DNA of 61,912 nt, counting the filler, from Sphacelaria rigidula (lineage: Eukaryota), in the NCBI GenBank assembly GCA_964200075.2. It is 8 parts of 8 records of this genome, joined end to end, with 100 filler letters (N's around TTAATTAATTAA, not from the genome) between each part and the next. Parts side by side here need not be neighbours in the genome. Positions count along the whole stretch, not along the records: positions 1 to 7,652 come from CAXNAA020013919.1; positions 7,753 to 15,404 come from CAXNAA020013920.1; 6 more parts are not named here. The stretch is one strand, 5' to 3'. Made by a program: the position numbers and the translations under genes. Positions 1 through 12,654 of the stretch are shown here, in pieces (positions within the stretch are counted from its first letter, which is position 1; every line of letters begins with the position of its first letter). The notes under the pieces are model-generated. The model worked only from the letters and a program-made list of their open reading frames with translations, was not told the origin of the DNA and did no database searches.

Positions 1-212
1 GTCAACATCGGGGTATAAGTGGACCCAAAAGGGCCAAAATGGGGTATATTTTGATATGATTTTAGTACTGAAAACAAGTTTTTTTTATTTTCTCAGTCAG
101 CCTCGTCTGCACGTTATCTCTCTAACGAGCTCAACTGTAGCATGATCGTGAGCATTGAAATACCCACACGATTAAACGTCCATAACGATACAGACTTATG
201 GGACAGAGGAAG
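1..212. mobile_element. Right end of a mariner/Stowaway-like non-autonomous DNA transposon
   Basis: 181-212 (cataacgatacagacttatgggacagaggaag) followed by TA matches the TIR of the mariner element at 2016-3035. The left part lies outside the contig. Confidence 0.65.
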
Positions 213-279
213 TATATATATATTGTATTGTATTATTCAAGGTTCCCCTTCGGGAGGTTGGTATGGGCCTCCCGGGGGT

Positions 280-1240
280 GACGCAAGTCGAAAATACATG
301 TTTAACAGAAGCTACTGTTGGTGTATCGTCAGGTACAGTAGTGATCGTGGCTGCACAAAACATCGCGTGTGTTATCGGGTGTCGTTCGGAAACATGGCAG
401 TTTGGACGGAGGCCGACGGCAGAACCGCCGGCGTTGGACATGTTTGGTATACCGGAGGTGCCAGAGTGCGAATTAGCTCTCGTGCCATAAAGGCATGACA
501 GCGGGAGGCACTTCCGGAAAAAATAGAATGCGTGGAACATTCTTGCCATGTTCGTCGCCCATCATTGTGGCTTCCACATCACCAGGCCTCTTTTTTAACC
601 CCTAGACCGCGGTGCGGGTAGTTCATTTGGATCACGCATACTTTTTTCAAGTGGAAATTGATGCCGATTCAGCAGGTGACCTACCCCTCGCGGTGTAAGG
701 GTCAAACAGGGTATTTTTTTTTGCGGCAAAACATTCCTGTGCTGCCGTGCTGCTGTGTTTAGCTCGCCGACGGCCCATTGCATGGTCTTGTGTTTGCTGC
801 TGACTAAGGCCATGGCAATGTTCAATTGTTTTCAACTGCTTTGCTTTCATGTTCTCGTGACATTGGCGGCATAACCGGTGTGTTCGTGCTCCCAAATGAA
901 CGAGAACGCGACAAAGAGAAACACGGGGGGAAGATACCCCGCCAAAAGTAATCCTGTTTCTAGTTTTGATGCTCTCCAAGAGGCTTTTGTGGTTCGGGTT
1001 CCTGTTTCAAGTTTTCCATGATCTTAAAGAGGCTTTCGTGGTTCGGAATCGACACCCCGCAATAAAGGGTCAGTTTAAACGACTTTCGATGGCCAGCCAG
1101 AACACGCGCAACAGGTATTAGATGACGCCCAAACCTGAATGGTAATGTACCGCTGAACCTTGTCAGTGCGCTGCAAAAGAAAGCGTGGGGAAAAATGCCT
1201 TGCCGCCAGAGAAATTCGGTAAAAGTGGTGCAAGATGTGA
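280..1240 (-). pseudogene. Possible highly degenerate MULE/FAR1-like transposase remnant
   Basis: Frameshifted fragments (..QWAVGELN../..EHCHGL.., ..TITTVPDDTPTVASVKHVF..) loosely resemble the FAR1 DNA-binding and MULE TD..A...VF motifs. There is no intact ORF. Confidence 0.25.
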
Positions 1241-2015
1241 AATGATACATGTATATATATATATATATATATCTTCTGTCCACGGTAGCTGTACGCATCC
1301 GCCAATGCTTCGGCAATAAACCAAAGGACACACGGGTGGGTCCCTCCCCCCCTCAAAAAGGCAAATATTCTATCTCGGGGCCTATGTGTCCGGATTTCTT
1401 CTTCGCCGCCCCCTGGACTATTGACAATCGTTCACATTTATCGTATGCCCCTCACTTGCAGGTGTATCGTGCAGCTCTTCATGACAAGGGGAACACCGAC
1501 AACAACAGTGGTTCAAGGCTAGCTGATCGCATGGCAGGGCCGACGTCTGGTAAAGGAGGGGTCTCCGCAGGGGCCGCCTTTTACTCGACTGGCCTTTTCC
1601 CCATGCCCGCGGGTTCAACACGCAAGTAGACGCACACTGCATGCTTCCTTTGGGACGAGTCCATGGTCTTGAGGAACCAACTGATCTCTCTCGCCGTATC
1701 CAACTATCCAGTGCATGGTCATCGATCCCTCGAGTGAAGCAGCGGCGCGCTCAGGACGTATGGTTCACTGCATGACCAACGAAAATGATCCAGAGGCTAC
1801 CACAGCAACACTCTGGCCCCCCAGCGCTGTTTCGCTTGGTCTACTCTGGTTGTAGTCGCGGCTTTGAGCAGTTTAGTTTACCGCTAGTGACATAATGGAA
1901 ATATTGTGTGATTCGTCGTTTGTTGTCTTCAAACTGCCCTGGTCTTATGCCCTATGCATTTGACCCCGGTGAATCAGAGTTCTATTCTTGGTCCAACCGA
2001 AGCCTGAAACGAATA

Positions 2016-3035
2016 CTTCCTCTGTCCCATAAGTGAAGTCCGTTATGATCACACGGACCCTTAGATGTGTCCGATGTCGCAGGCGATAATTTTTTTGAAA
2101 TCTTTAATGTTCTTTGGGTTGAACCCCGTTTTTGTTTTGTTTTTCTATGCACTTCCCGGCTCACGCGACCGTCCGAAAAAAAAGTAGTCGGCCCAAAAAT
2201 GGCCATATCTAGGCCCTTTTGCAGGGGCAAAAAAGTGTTGGAAAAAAAAATCTTACCCGCCCTCGTCGTCGCTAGGGCTTGCCGCTAGGTAGTCCCAGGC
2301 CTTCGTGAAGGCATCCTTATCGTATTTTACCACCCTTTCTAACGTTCCTGCCCTCTGCCGCACCCTCACCCCGGAATGTTCCACACTGAAGTCGTTGTCG
2401 CCCATCTCACGTAGTGTTTGGTTGTAAACCTTAAAGAGGCTCTGCCAAACTCGCTCCAACGTGTCACCGTCGTACTCCTCGTACTGCTTGAAGATAGTCT
2501 TCACCAACTCGTCTATCAAACTTGCATCCATCCCCCATACCCTCGACTTAAGAGATGCGAAAAAGCCCAAGTCGTTGACGTTCAAGTCAGGCGACTGTGC
2601 AGGCTGCGTGACTAGCTCCGCCATGGGGCCTAGAACGCCCTTGGACACCCTCGAATTTCCTGGGGGAATGGCCATCGCTATCTCCACCGCCATTGCATAC
2701 CGGCGGCCCAACTACACATCTGCGCCCCGCTTACGTTTGGGGGGGGTCTCCATCGTGGTTCTGGGGGTTATGGGCGTTCAATTGCCCAGAAAAGCAGAAA
2801 TTCTCAATATAATTCTCAGAAACAATTCTCAAAACATTCTCGAATTCCCACCAAAATGCCTACTTTTTGACCCACTAATTCTCAGTAATTTCGATTCAGA
2901 TTTTTCTTTTTTCGTTCAACGAGCATCACCATGTCAACAGCTTTTCAAAAAACCTAACCATAGCGTCGTGGGCAACTCCATTAGCGATATACGATCTTTC
3001 CCCCATAACGGACTTTACTTATGGGACTTAGGACG
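2016..3035 (-). mobile_element. Internally deleted mariner (plant-type/DD39D-like) DNA transposon
   Basis: 32-bp TIRs (cttcctctgtcccataagtgaagtccgttatg at 2016 and its inverse ending at 3035, 4 mismatches), with TA on both sides (2014-15, 3036-37). It encloses a transposase C-terminus. Confidence 0.9.
2253..2625 (-). pseudogene. Mariner transposase C-terminal fragment
   Basis: QPAQSPDLNVNDLGFFASLKS matches the QPxNSPDxNxxDLGFF signature of plant-type mariner transposases. The N-terminal HTH and most of the catalytic domain are absent. Confidence 0.88.
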
Positions 3036-4078
3036 TACAGCCTCGGGGATTGAGATGGAGCAGTATAGTTGGGATCGGGATGGTGATTTCAGCGTGATTG
3101 GTTGTTCGCAGCGCAAATGCACCCAACGGGTCCATTCGTCATGCCTCCCTGATCCTATCGTAGCTTCCGCTGTTTCAAAGCAGATTCGATGCAGAGTGTC
3201 CCTCGCCATGCCCTCCCTAACGGATTAATCCGCCGCAGGGTTGAGCGTACATTTCGTAGGAGCATACGTTTGCGATCTGACTCCGCTTCCATCATGTCGA
3301 CGGACTACTCGATAAAGAGGGTATTGGCATCGTGAGGTAGGGCTCTCAGCTTTTTTGCCAGATGAGCAAGCGTCGCCTGTTGGATATTCGTGGGTGACGT
3401 CATCTACCACTCACTACCGGTCATCCAAATGTCGTAGATTTCATATGGTGATACGTGTGTGTATGCTCAGAAGCATGAAGACCGCCTTCAGCCAATCAGT
3501 CTAGCATCCGTCGGGTCACAAACGTACTGTTGTTGGTCAAAGAATGGTATTATGCGCATGCCATGTTTGATTTTAGCAGATATGCCAACACCTGTGCACG
3601 CCAACGAAGGAGTGCCTATGGTGATGGATCCAATTCTCTTTATCGGTGAGCACCTTTTTTGGCGGCATGTCGTGTGCTCCGCGGTCCCCGAGCACTGAGA
3701 TATGCTATACAACTGTTCAAGCGACGAAGCAACTGCTGTTGGGTAGGGAACGATGCGAGTTCCAATTTTGAAACTGGTTGTTGTCTCAGGCTATTCCAGA
3801 TTCGGCATCAGATTTCTTTGGCAGAAAACACTCTCGTTTGTTTTGGACTACTTGAAAAAAAACAAAGAAAACTTTTAAAAAAACTGCTCAAACCATGATC
3901 CTATTGTATGGAGTACAGGGTACTACACTTAAAACAAGACAACTCTGCACTGGTATATGGAGAACAGAGTACTATCCTGAACACAAGACAACACGGTAGT
4001 TCTACAGTATTTTCTAGTTTGAGAACCTGAAGATGGACTGTATTCAGTATGCATCAGCTTCTCTTGTTGCAAATTCAC

Positions 4079-4967
4079 AGCGTCCTGACTGATACTATAT
4101 GTTACAGCTCGGTTACAGGAAGACGAACACACCAATACAGCACATCAAGCAATCTCAGCGGAGACCAAACCGTCTTCGCAAGGTCTAAACACACCCCAGA
4201 ACAGTGATAGCTACAGCACATGAGAGCGGAAGTGAGTGTGTTTGTGCTGCAGTACAGTGAGACAAGACACGTCCCATCTTTCAGTTCTTCGGCTGATTTC
4301 AAACGGGTCCTCGGTGTTTGCAGGGTGCTGATCTTGAACGCTCGGACATGATCGCCCTTCGCGCAAACCAGTTTTTTACTACAAAATTATCCGCATGTAT
4401 GGGTCCTGTGCCGTGTCTTGCCGTGGCCGCGAGTGCTGGCGCCGATGCCGACGGCAGCAGCTGTCATGCTGACGGGTGCAAGCAGTACCCTGGCGGTGCA
4501 GTATATCCGCACAGTACTGTGCGTTGCTCATTTCATTGGAGCATGGGGTCTGGCCCAGCCGGTCGGGCGGTGTATACTGGTGCTGGTTGTGTGCCTTTAC
4601 CCAGCAGTGTTCGGTATCGCGCAAGTGATGGGTCCGGGTAACATGAAATCTTAAATTTTCAACAGTCAGGTATGTAGACAGCACTGCGTCCTGACTGACA
4701 CTAAATGTTACAGCTTGGTAACAGAGAGACCGACATAACAATACAGCACATCAAGCAATCTCAGCTGAGACCAAACCATCTTCGCAAGGTCTAACACACC
4801 CCAGAACAGTGATAGCTACAGCACATGAGAGCGGGAGTGAGTGTGTTTGTGCTGCAGTACAGTGAGACAAGACATGTCCCATGTTTCGTTCGGCTGAGTT
4901 CGAGCGGGTCCTCAGTGTTCGCGGGGTGCTGATCTTGAACGCTCGGACATGATTGCCCTTCGCGCAA
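4079..4967 (+). repeat. Diverged ~290-bp direct repeat (4079-4367 and 4686-4967)
   Basis: Both copies run gcgtcctgactga...cacatcaagcaatctcagc...gatcttgaacgctcggacatgat..gcccttcgcgcaaa and are separated by about 320 bp. Confidence 0.85.
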
Positions 4968-5708
4968 ATAATTTTGTTTTCGCCCAAGATACAGGCAGCC
5001 GTGACAGCAGCAGAGGCGGCCTTTCACTCCTGCGTGCGCAACCTGGGGCAAACGCACGCTGTAGCTACAACACGAAGAGCTTTACAAAACGATATCCCGC
5101 GTGCACGTTGACCGCAGAAAAAGCGGTTGTGTGCATTATGTGGCGAACTGCATAGGACAGCGCGAAATCAATGCAGCACAGGGGTAGGCTGAGGATGTGG
5201 CGTTCTGTGGTGTGCTTTGTCACCCTGCATCCTGCCGCTGTGCAGTGAACAGGTAGTACCACCGAAGGCGTCACGTCGTGTTGGTACGCAGTGTCGAACC
5301 CATAGCAGCAAACCGCATATTTCTTGTACAACAGACGAAGATGTGTGTTTCAAGACCGATGCGGACAGAGTGGGACCCGTATGTTGTTGATGGATGAATA
5401 TATTTAGCAAAAAATGCTTGTAACGTGTGCTGTGACGAATGTCATGCGTCATGCAGCTTTCTCCCATGTGCGGTATCGCCCGTGAAGCGAGCTGTTGAAG
5501 CTAACAGTGCCCAACCCTGTTCCCACGATGACCTCCTGTCTGAGCTCGAGATAGTTGAAATTGCGGAACATTACTTCAACTAGAAGAACGTACACCTCAC
5601 CGTGATTGAAGCTTCCATATTATCGAAAAGGAACAGCACTGTCCGAACCTCGTATCGACGGGGAGACTAAGTTAGGAAGATAAGAGGCACCACGATCACA
5701 AGAGTGGC

Positions 5709-7652
5709 GTGTGCTTCGTTTCGGAACAAATTAGCGGCGGCATGCAGCTCAACGATGAAGCACCGGTGTGGACACCGGGGCTATGCAGCAGCGGAGAGCG
5801 CAGTGGGGACATCCTAGATAGGAATGGAGGGGCTGCACATCGCGTGGGTACGCACACCAGGAGCGAGGAAGGAGTAGAGTCGGACAGAGCAGGAGAGTTG
5901 CACCTGCCTGTGAAAAAAGACGAGCACCGGGCTAGCAATAGCCAGAGAATCCAAAACGCGATAAAAATCAAGCAAATAAAAAAAGGCAGAAAGAAGAGGA
6001 GGAGGGACCGGGCGAGGCGTAGGCGTGCTAGGAAAGCAGCACGAGTAGCCCGGGCGAGATAGCGGAGTCAACTTGTTAAGGTAGCCACTTACAATGTCAG
6101 AACTCTAGCTGTGAAAGGGGCCAACGGATGGGGGTGAGAACACAGCGTCTTGTACGAGGCCGCGAGACTTAACATCTCGGTGGTAGGACTGCAGGAGACA
6201 CGAAGGGCGGGGCGAACAGACTGTACAGCAGCAGGGTTCAGAGTCTTCTGCTGTCGGCGCGGGTTAGGTGGGCAACACGGTGTGGGTATAGCCGTGAAAG
6301 AGTCGATTTGCAATAACGCCACCTATACCACTGAGTACGTTGACGAGCGCCTCTTGGCAATGCGATTCGAAATATCGGGACAGAGCGGAGCGATCAATTT
6401 CGTAGCTGCGTATGCACCAACTGAAGTCGCCAAGAACGAAACGAAACAAGCGTTCTGGGATGGGGTTGACGATCTGGTACAGCGGATCCCGTCGAAGGAA
6501 TTTGTGTATGTATTGATGGATGCCAACGCGCGGACGGGGGACAAAATAGTAGAGGGCTTAGAGGACGAAGGGGTCCTAGGCGCCCATGGACGTGATGAGC
6601 TGAACGATAACGACAAACTTCTGCTAACTTTCGCAACCGAGAACAAGCTAGCCATCACGAACACCTTGTTTAGCACGCGCAAAGGCGGAATCTCGCACAC
6701 ATACAACGGTGTTGCGGGGAATCGCACGAGCGACTTTAAGCGCATATACTACATTCTTACCCGGCAGGCACACCGAGGTAGAGTGCGCAACGTAGTCATA
6801 TACCCCCAACCCGCACCCCCGACTAGAGCGGACTCGGACCACAACATGGTGGCCACTGTCGACCTCGGTGGCCGCATTGCCCACAACCGCCAAGTACGCA
6901 CCAAGTCGAAGCAGCGGCTATTCAGTCGACAGCAGCTGCAGACCGAAATGGCAAGGTGGCACGTGACCGAGGGGTTCCTGCATAACCTCTCCGAGCGAAA
7001 ATACCAACCAATCACCCCCGCACCGGCGGCCGCGAAGGTGTTTACCGAAGCTATCCTTGAAGCAGCGCAGACAGTTCTCCCGGAAGAGGCACGGATACCA
7101 CGTACGCCGGAATGGTGTGAAAACCCCGGCACGAGAGCAACAGTGGAAGCAGCGCTCGCCAAACGACGGGAGGCACGCCAATTGATGAAGCATCACCGGG
7201 CCCCAGCATCGTGGAAAGCATTCAGAGTCGCGTGTAAGAACGTGCGTACAGCAATCGATGACGGCATCTATGCACATCTGGAGAGGTATGTGGCAAGGCT
7301 AGCAGTTATCTATAAGGATCGCGACTTGAGAGGCCTGTACAAACACCTCAAGAGATCGGTGGGTCTTGGTGGAAGGTAATATGGGGGGCAGCAGTTCATA
7401 AAGGACGAGAACGGCGTCCTACTGAGGAACAAAATTGCCATCCTTGAACGGCGGGCGAGATTTTTCTGCACCCTGCTCAACGTCAAATCGCCCACGCTGA
7501 ACCCAGCCATCATCGAGGAGGTGAAGCAGCGACCGGCAGCGTCAACCACCGGGGATTCAGTACCGCTCGGGGCAGCACCAACACTGGAGGAAACCAGACG
7601 AGCAGTCCGGGAGATGCACAACTGGAAAGCGCCAGGACACGACTCCCTCTCT
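5709..7652 (+). mobile_element. RTE-like LINE, 5' part (APE endonuclease and linker to the start of RT), with in-frame stops
   Basis: A single frame carries VATYNVRTL, VGLQETRR, AAYAPT, MDANAR, SDHNMV and KAPGHD. Stops lie at 6060, 6135 and 7377. The element is truncated by the contig end. Confidence 0.92.
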
Positions 7653-7752
7653 NNNNNNNNNNNNNNNNNNNNNNNNNNNNNNNNNNNNNNNNNNNNTTAA
7701 TTAATTAANNNNNNNNNNNNNNNNNNNNNNNNNNNNNNNNNNNNNNNNNNNN
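7653..7752. other. Artificial contig linker (N44-TTAATTAATTAA-N44); identical linkers at 15405, 23157, 30909, 38660, 46411, 54162
   Basis: Seven 100-nt spacers at 7751-7752-bp periodicity. Confidence 0.97.
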
Positions 7753-7967
7753 GGGGAGGGGGGGTGATATCAGGGAAAACGGCGGTTTCTGTCAGCGCTG
7801 TAAGCTCACAGAGTCGGTAAAATGCGCTGAAGAAGTATCTACGAGATCGAGGGGCATTAAGCCGACAAGAAAGTCATTGGGCACAATCGCTGAAAGTGTG
7901 GAGAAAGTACTGTTTTGGGCTTGAACCTCATTTCATTGATAAATCTCATTTTATAGAGTTGTCTGTT
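7753..7967. mobile_element. Right half of a foldback MITE (same family as 19055-19465)
   Basis: Aligns with 19259-19465 (gggggtgatatcagggaaaac...tgtaagctcacagagtcggtaaaatgcg...) and ends in tctgtt. Confidence 0.85.
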
Positions 7968-8401
7968 TTCGGGCTAGTTTGGGGGCGGAGCTATCGTAGA
8001 AAGATGCGCATACTGTCGCAACGCGGAAGGCATTAAGAAACAAACATAAGGGGGGGAACTGATATAATAGGATACAGTCGAACCTTTCTCCTGTGGTGAA
8101 AATAATGTACCTGTAGACATAACCTCTTGTTTATAAACAAACCACGTCTCTTCATCCAACGTGTGCCGGATAAAGCTTGATCAATAGCACCGTAGTCATA
8201 GTCGTTGGAAGATGTTACGGCTCACAAAATCGGGATACAGCTTCGTTCAGTTCAGTCTCGTCATTTTGTCTCTCCGCTGCCTCTGCTCCACTAACATTAA
8301 CTGTAAACTAATCAAGAGGGCCTGTACATTGAAATCAACTCACCTAGGTCCTGAAAGTTGAAATATCGTTGCTTGGGGAGGAAAAGCGAGGAGGAGGATT
8401 A

Positions 8402-10803
8402 GGGGGGGCGTCCGCATTTGTTGTTTGCCTTAGTCACTTGACCATTGACCACGCATTCCACTCGAGACGCAGCACCCTTCCTGCTCGAAATAAAGGCACC
8501 TCTCACATTTTGGGCGTCTATTACACTTCTTCCATACGTTACACCAAACCCTTGGCATGACTTGTCCCTTTCCTTTTCCGCTGTTTGTGGTTACCATCTA
8601 TCTCATAGTATTGCAATTATTTTCTCGCTACTGCCTAATATACCAAACCTTTCCATGCCACTTTCGTTTACCCCACGTTTCCCCCCTAACACGTTCCGCT
8701 CCTCCTTGTATAGTTCACAGTCTGCCCCTGTATGAGTTATTTTCTCTTTTGCATTGCTACAGGGGCGATTCTGTGCATCTACTTTCTCCTTCGCCCGACT
8801 ACAGGTATACCTCATTCCTCTTTCTGGCGGGTCAAGGCCCCCCACCCGGAATCGCACTTTCAACGTTTTCGCGGAGTTCATTCCGCCGTGAAAATATGCT
8901 TCCATCCCTATCCCGTCTTTCAACTCCCCGTTTATCTTCAGGTGCTCTTACTCGTCCACTCTCTGTTTTAGCGCTAGCTTTTGCCTTATTTCTACCATGT
9001 GTCTTGTTTTTGTCTTGTACCCCCTACATTTACCTGTAGACACTTTCCCGTCTTGTTTTCCTCCTACTGTTTGTCCTTCATACTTTTTCGACTACGCTAT
9101 TCAAACATATTCCGGCCTGCCCTTCCGTACTTTCTGACATACTGCCCTATTTACTGTGGCTGCCAATCCCTTCCTTGGTATGTTCCTTACGTTATATCGT
9201 CATTTCAGGTTTTCATGACTCTATTTGTTTCAAGTGGGTACATTCTCAATTTTGTGTTCAATGCTGCAGTGCTCGTCGTTTTGAGCATTCAACTATTTTC
9301 TTACCTGCTTCCATCTGTACTATTTTCAGTTTCTTCACCTACTTTGCGTTCCCTTCCCATACTTCTCCTGCATGTTCTGGCTTTGGAGCAGTCACAACAA
9401 TCATCAGAAAACATCTCTCAATGCGAGTCTCTCAGGATCACATTCATCTCGTATGTCTGTACCTTACCCGTTCCTATTACTTTGTCTATGTGAACAGTTT
9501 TTCATATCTCTACGCCAAGGCATATATACTGGTCTACAATCGGCAGTTCCTCTTCTACCCACTTTCATTTTAACTCTACCGGGTTTTCCTTGTCTTCGCT
9601 ACATACAAGTACCGCGCTTTTGTGCCCGTTCGCTGTTACTCTCCTTCTCACAGTGTATTCTAGCGCCTTCTCTATTTGTTCCTACAATCCTTCTGGTGTT
9701 TCTGCTATTCTCACGAAATCATCCGCGAACAGCAATTCCGATAACGTATATTCCCCCACCTTCATTCCTTGATTTGCTGCTTCTGTTGCTATTATCGTTT
9801 CACAAATGTATATGTATAAATATATATATATATATATATGTGTGTGTACGCATGGTCTGCGCAGCTATGGTTAGGTCTAAACCCTGCCTTCCCCTCACTG
9901 AGATTTTCTTCCTTCTCTAGCATCGTTTCTACTCTATCGTTCAGAAGCACACATAGTTTTTCCCTAAGGTGCTCAGGGACACTATCCCTCTGTATTTCCC
10001 TGGGTCAACCTTGCCTCTTTTTCAAAAAAAAGGTTCACCACTACTCCTTCTCTCCACCTCTTGGGTGTGTACTCGTCTTCCCATATCCAATTATTCGCAA
10101 AAACCCTTCATCGTACCAATTCCCTGTCCCCCTTACTTCATAAACTTATTCACTATTTCGCCCGCACCTGCTTCCTTTCTGTTCTTGAGTTGAGCTACAC
10201 ATTATTTTACTTCCCTTCTCCTATACTCTCTCTGGGATTCTTTTGAGCCACTATATTCCCGTTTTGGTGCTTCTATATTTGCCTCTGACCACGCGTTCAT
10301 TTCTTTCTCCGATTTCGCGTCGAACCTTTTGTTGGTTGTTGATGTTCCTTGCTTTTGGTGATGCTCTGCTAAAGTACTTCTCTCTTCCCCTTCGAGCTAC
10401 TAACCACTTTACCATTCTCTTAGTGACGCAAACCCCTTGTGTGTCTCTCCTGCCTGTTTACCAAGAGTTCCTTTTATCCTTACCACGCTTGCTTCACCCC
10501 GTCATCAGAATCTTCATTTGCTTTATGTATCAAGTACATATTTCCGTATTTTCTTCTTTTTCTGCTCTCCCATATTTTTTACCTACTTTCTAGCTTTAGC
10601 ATACTCCTCCCACCCTACCGTGGTTTAACTCGATGTGTATCTTGCGTGGGCCTCTCTCCGAACTCTTATCGCCTTTTTCACTTCCTTGTCCCACCATTTC
10701 ACTGTTCTGTGGCAGACAATCAGTTCCCTCCTTGTGACTTCACTTGCTGTGGTCTTGACCACTTGCTCCCACGATTCTACAACCGTCGTTCATGCCTGAT
10801 CCC
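8402..10803 (-). mobile_element. Degenerate LINE (linker, RT, C-terminal Cys/His region, 3' UTR with C-rich tail), interrupted at 10803 by a Gypsy LTR
   Basis: Minus-strand fragments include KWWDKEVKKAIRVRR (~10680), DPGKYRGIVSLSTLGK (~9980, RT start) and C..AKEKITHTGADCELYKEER (~8700). The 3' UTR is shared with other copies in the window. Confidence 0.8.
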
Positions 10804-11066
10804 TGTGACGAAACCACGCCTTCACGTTGAGTATATATATGGTGATGATTGGATGATGACTTGGGATCTGTAGTGATGAGATGGATGATGACATGGACAC
10901 AGGGATGGTACCCTGATGTGGTTTATGGAGCGTATGTGCCTGGGAGACACTCCGGGAATAACGAAGGTGTTGTGAAGGCTGACAACTGAGACCTTGAGGC
11001 CAGTGGAACTGGGGAGTCCCTCAACAGCATTAGGCGCTGCAGTACTGGCAACCTGCTGGCGTCACA
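10804..11066 (+). repeat. 5' LTR of Gypsy element 1 (263 bp)
   Basis: Begins TGTGACG, ends CGTCACA (7-bp inverted termini) and lies just upstream of gag. Confidence 0.8.
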
Positions 11067-11261
11067 ATATCGATATTGGTGCTAGGAGTGCTAGGAGTGC
11101 TAGGAGTACTAGGAGTGCTAGGAGTGCTATCGTTAGAGACTGCTGGAAATTTTTCAGCAGGGAGGAGTCTGGACAGCTTGTGGTTAGCTTCGGGCATGTA
11201 GCTTCACGGACGCGTGAGGAGGTTTCAAGCTCAGGTAGCTGCAAAGGCGGCTGGCCCGTGA

Positions 11262-12272
11262 TTGATCGAGACTGGAGACTTGCTGGAGCTACGTGCAGAG
11301 GGTGTTTACAGGACCCCAGGCCTGTGCAGAGCGGCGGAGAAGGCAGGTGTGAATTGTGACTTCGAGAAGGTTCAGAAATCTTCGACTGTCCACTCGAGAA
11401 TGTCGGCTACAGAGGTACTGGTAATAGATCCAGCGGAGACGACTGTAACCCCAGTCGTTCTAAGGGAAGAGTTGCGGCCGCCAACTTACGGGAATTTGTA
11501 TTTTGAGGGTGCTTCTCGTTCGTTCTACACGAAATACGTGGAATACAAGAGGAGGGTGGAGCATACGAATGCGGGGGGTGCGGTCAGGCATCAGGTGATT
11601 TCTATGGCGCAACTCGTGCCTACCCCCCTCCAACGCGTCTTCGCGAGAAGGGTCCATGAAAAGCATACCATAACGCCGCTGCAGTTGGCCGCAGCGATAA
11701 AGAAGCACACAAAGCATGCGGTAGGCGCGGAGGTAGAGCTTACACAGGCGTCCGCGGCCGTGGCGAGGGCTGTCGCAATGAACCACAAGGTGAGGACCAT
11801 GCGTGAGAGGGTGGAGCCCATCATGGGTAAGTTGGGGACGTATTCTTCGGAAAATCCTAACGTAGAGATGGTTTATCGTTCCTCCGACGGGAAATTTCGC
11901 CCAGGGCCTGCTGCGGTGGTCACGAAAGCGATAGTGGAGGGTCTGGCACCGGCGGAATTGAAGCAAGCCGTGCTTGTGCAGTTACAGCACGAAACCAACT
12001 GGGAGTCAGACCCGTATTTAGTTATGGATACCGTGGTGGCTGAAGCTCAGGCATGGCGGCGGGTCGAAGTATTCGGAAAATCATCCACTTCGTCGCCGAA
12101 GTCTTCCAGCTCGCGTAACCACGGATCAAAATCCATAGGCAGTGCCGCCGCCAATATTGCTTGCTATCAGTGTGACCAAGTAGGTCACATTGCACGGAAG
12201 TGCCCCACGCCTACTGAGGGGGAGTCCGGGCAGACGAGTGCCGCGCGCCCTCGCAATCACAGGGAAAGGTAG
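11262..12272 (+). CDS. gag: Gypsy Gag with CCHC zinc knuckle (probably frameshifted into 12190-12642)
   Basis: 336-aa ORF containing CYQCDQVGHIARKC (CX2CX4HX4C). Confidence 0.8.
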   Translation: MIETGDLLELRAEGVYRTPGLCRAAEKAGVNCDFEKVQKSSTVHSRMSATEVLVIDPAETTVTPVVLREELRPPTYGNLYFEGASRSFYTKYVEYKRRVEHTNAGGAVRHQVISMAQLVPTPLQRVFARRVHEKHTITPLQLAAAIKKHTKHAVGAEVELTQASAAVARAVAMNHKVRTMRERVEPIMGKLGTYSSENPNVEMVYRSSDGKFRPGPAAVVTKAIVEGLAPAELKQAVLVQLQHETNWESDPYLVMDTVVAEAQAWRRVEVFGKSSTSSPKSSSSRNHGSKSIGSAAANIACYQCDQVGHIARKCPTPTEGESGQTSAARPRNHRER

Positions 12273-12654
12273 TCGGGGTGATGGCGGAGGCGGATCCTCC
12301 AGCGGTGGAGGTGTACAGTCGAGTTCCCAACAGCAGCAGCAGGGGCAACGGCGTCAGCAGGAGTCCGGTTCTGGCTCCGGATCAGCCGCAGGGGCTGCTG
12401 CTCCGCAACGGGCGGTGCAGGTGGGACCGACCTCTCTAGTGTCGGGCTCGGTGCCGGCGCCGCCGGCAGCAGAGCAAGGCGAGACGCCTGCTGCGGAGCC
12501 GGCCGGTTTTCAGCTGAAATTTGGATCCGCTGCTGCGTCGGCCGGAGTACCGCTGCAATTTGGTTCTACGGACGGGGCTTCGTACCCGCCGGCGGTGCAG
12601 GTGACCCCAGCGGGGGCGTCTATGCCTGCGCCGCGCGCGTAGCCGTGGCGCCAA

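Noticed and set aside
480-830. Fanzor/TnpB-like C-terminus (..RGLV..ATNM..)
   Set aside because: No RuvC motifs (no D..G, E, or RD.NA) and no CxxC pair in a consistent frame.
3040-3900. Decayed gene with a PHD-like WVHLRC motif
   Set aside because: A single short motif with stops in all frames, so it cannot be assigned.
7697-7708. Periodic TTAATTAATTAA motif as a biological repeat
   Set aside because: It is embedded in N runs and is an assembly spacer supplying stop codons.
8369-10873. Plus-strand hydrophobic ORFs as membrane proteins
   Set aside because: They are antisense shadows of a purine-rich degenerate LINE.
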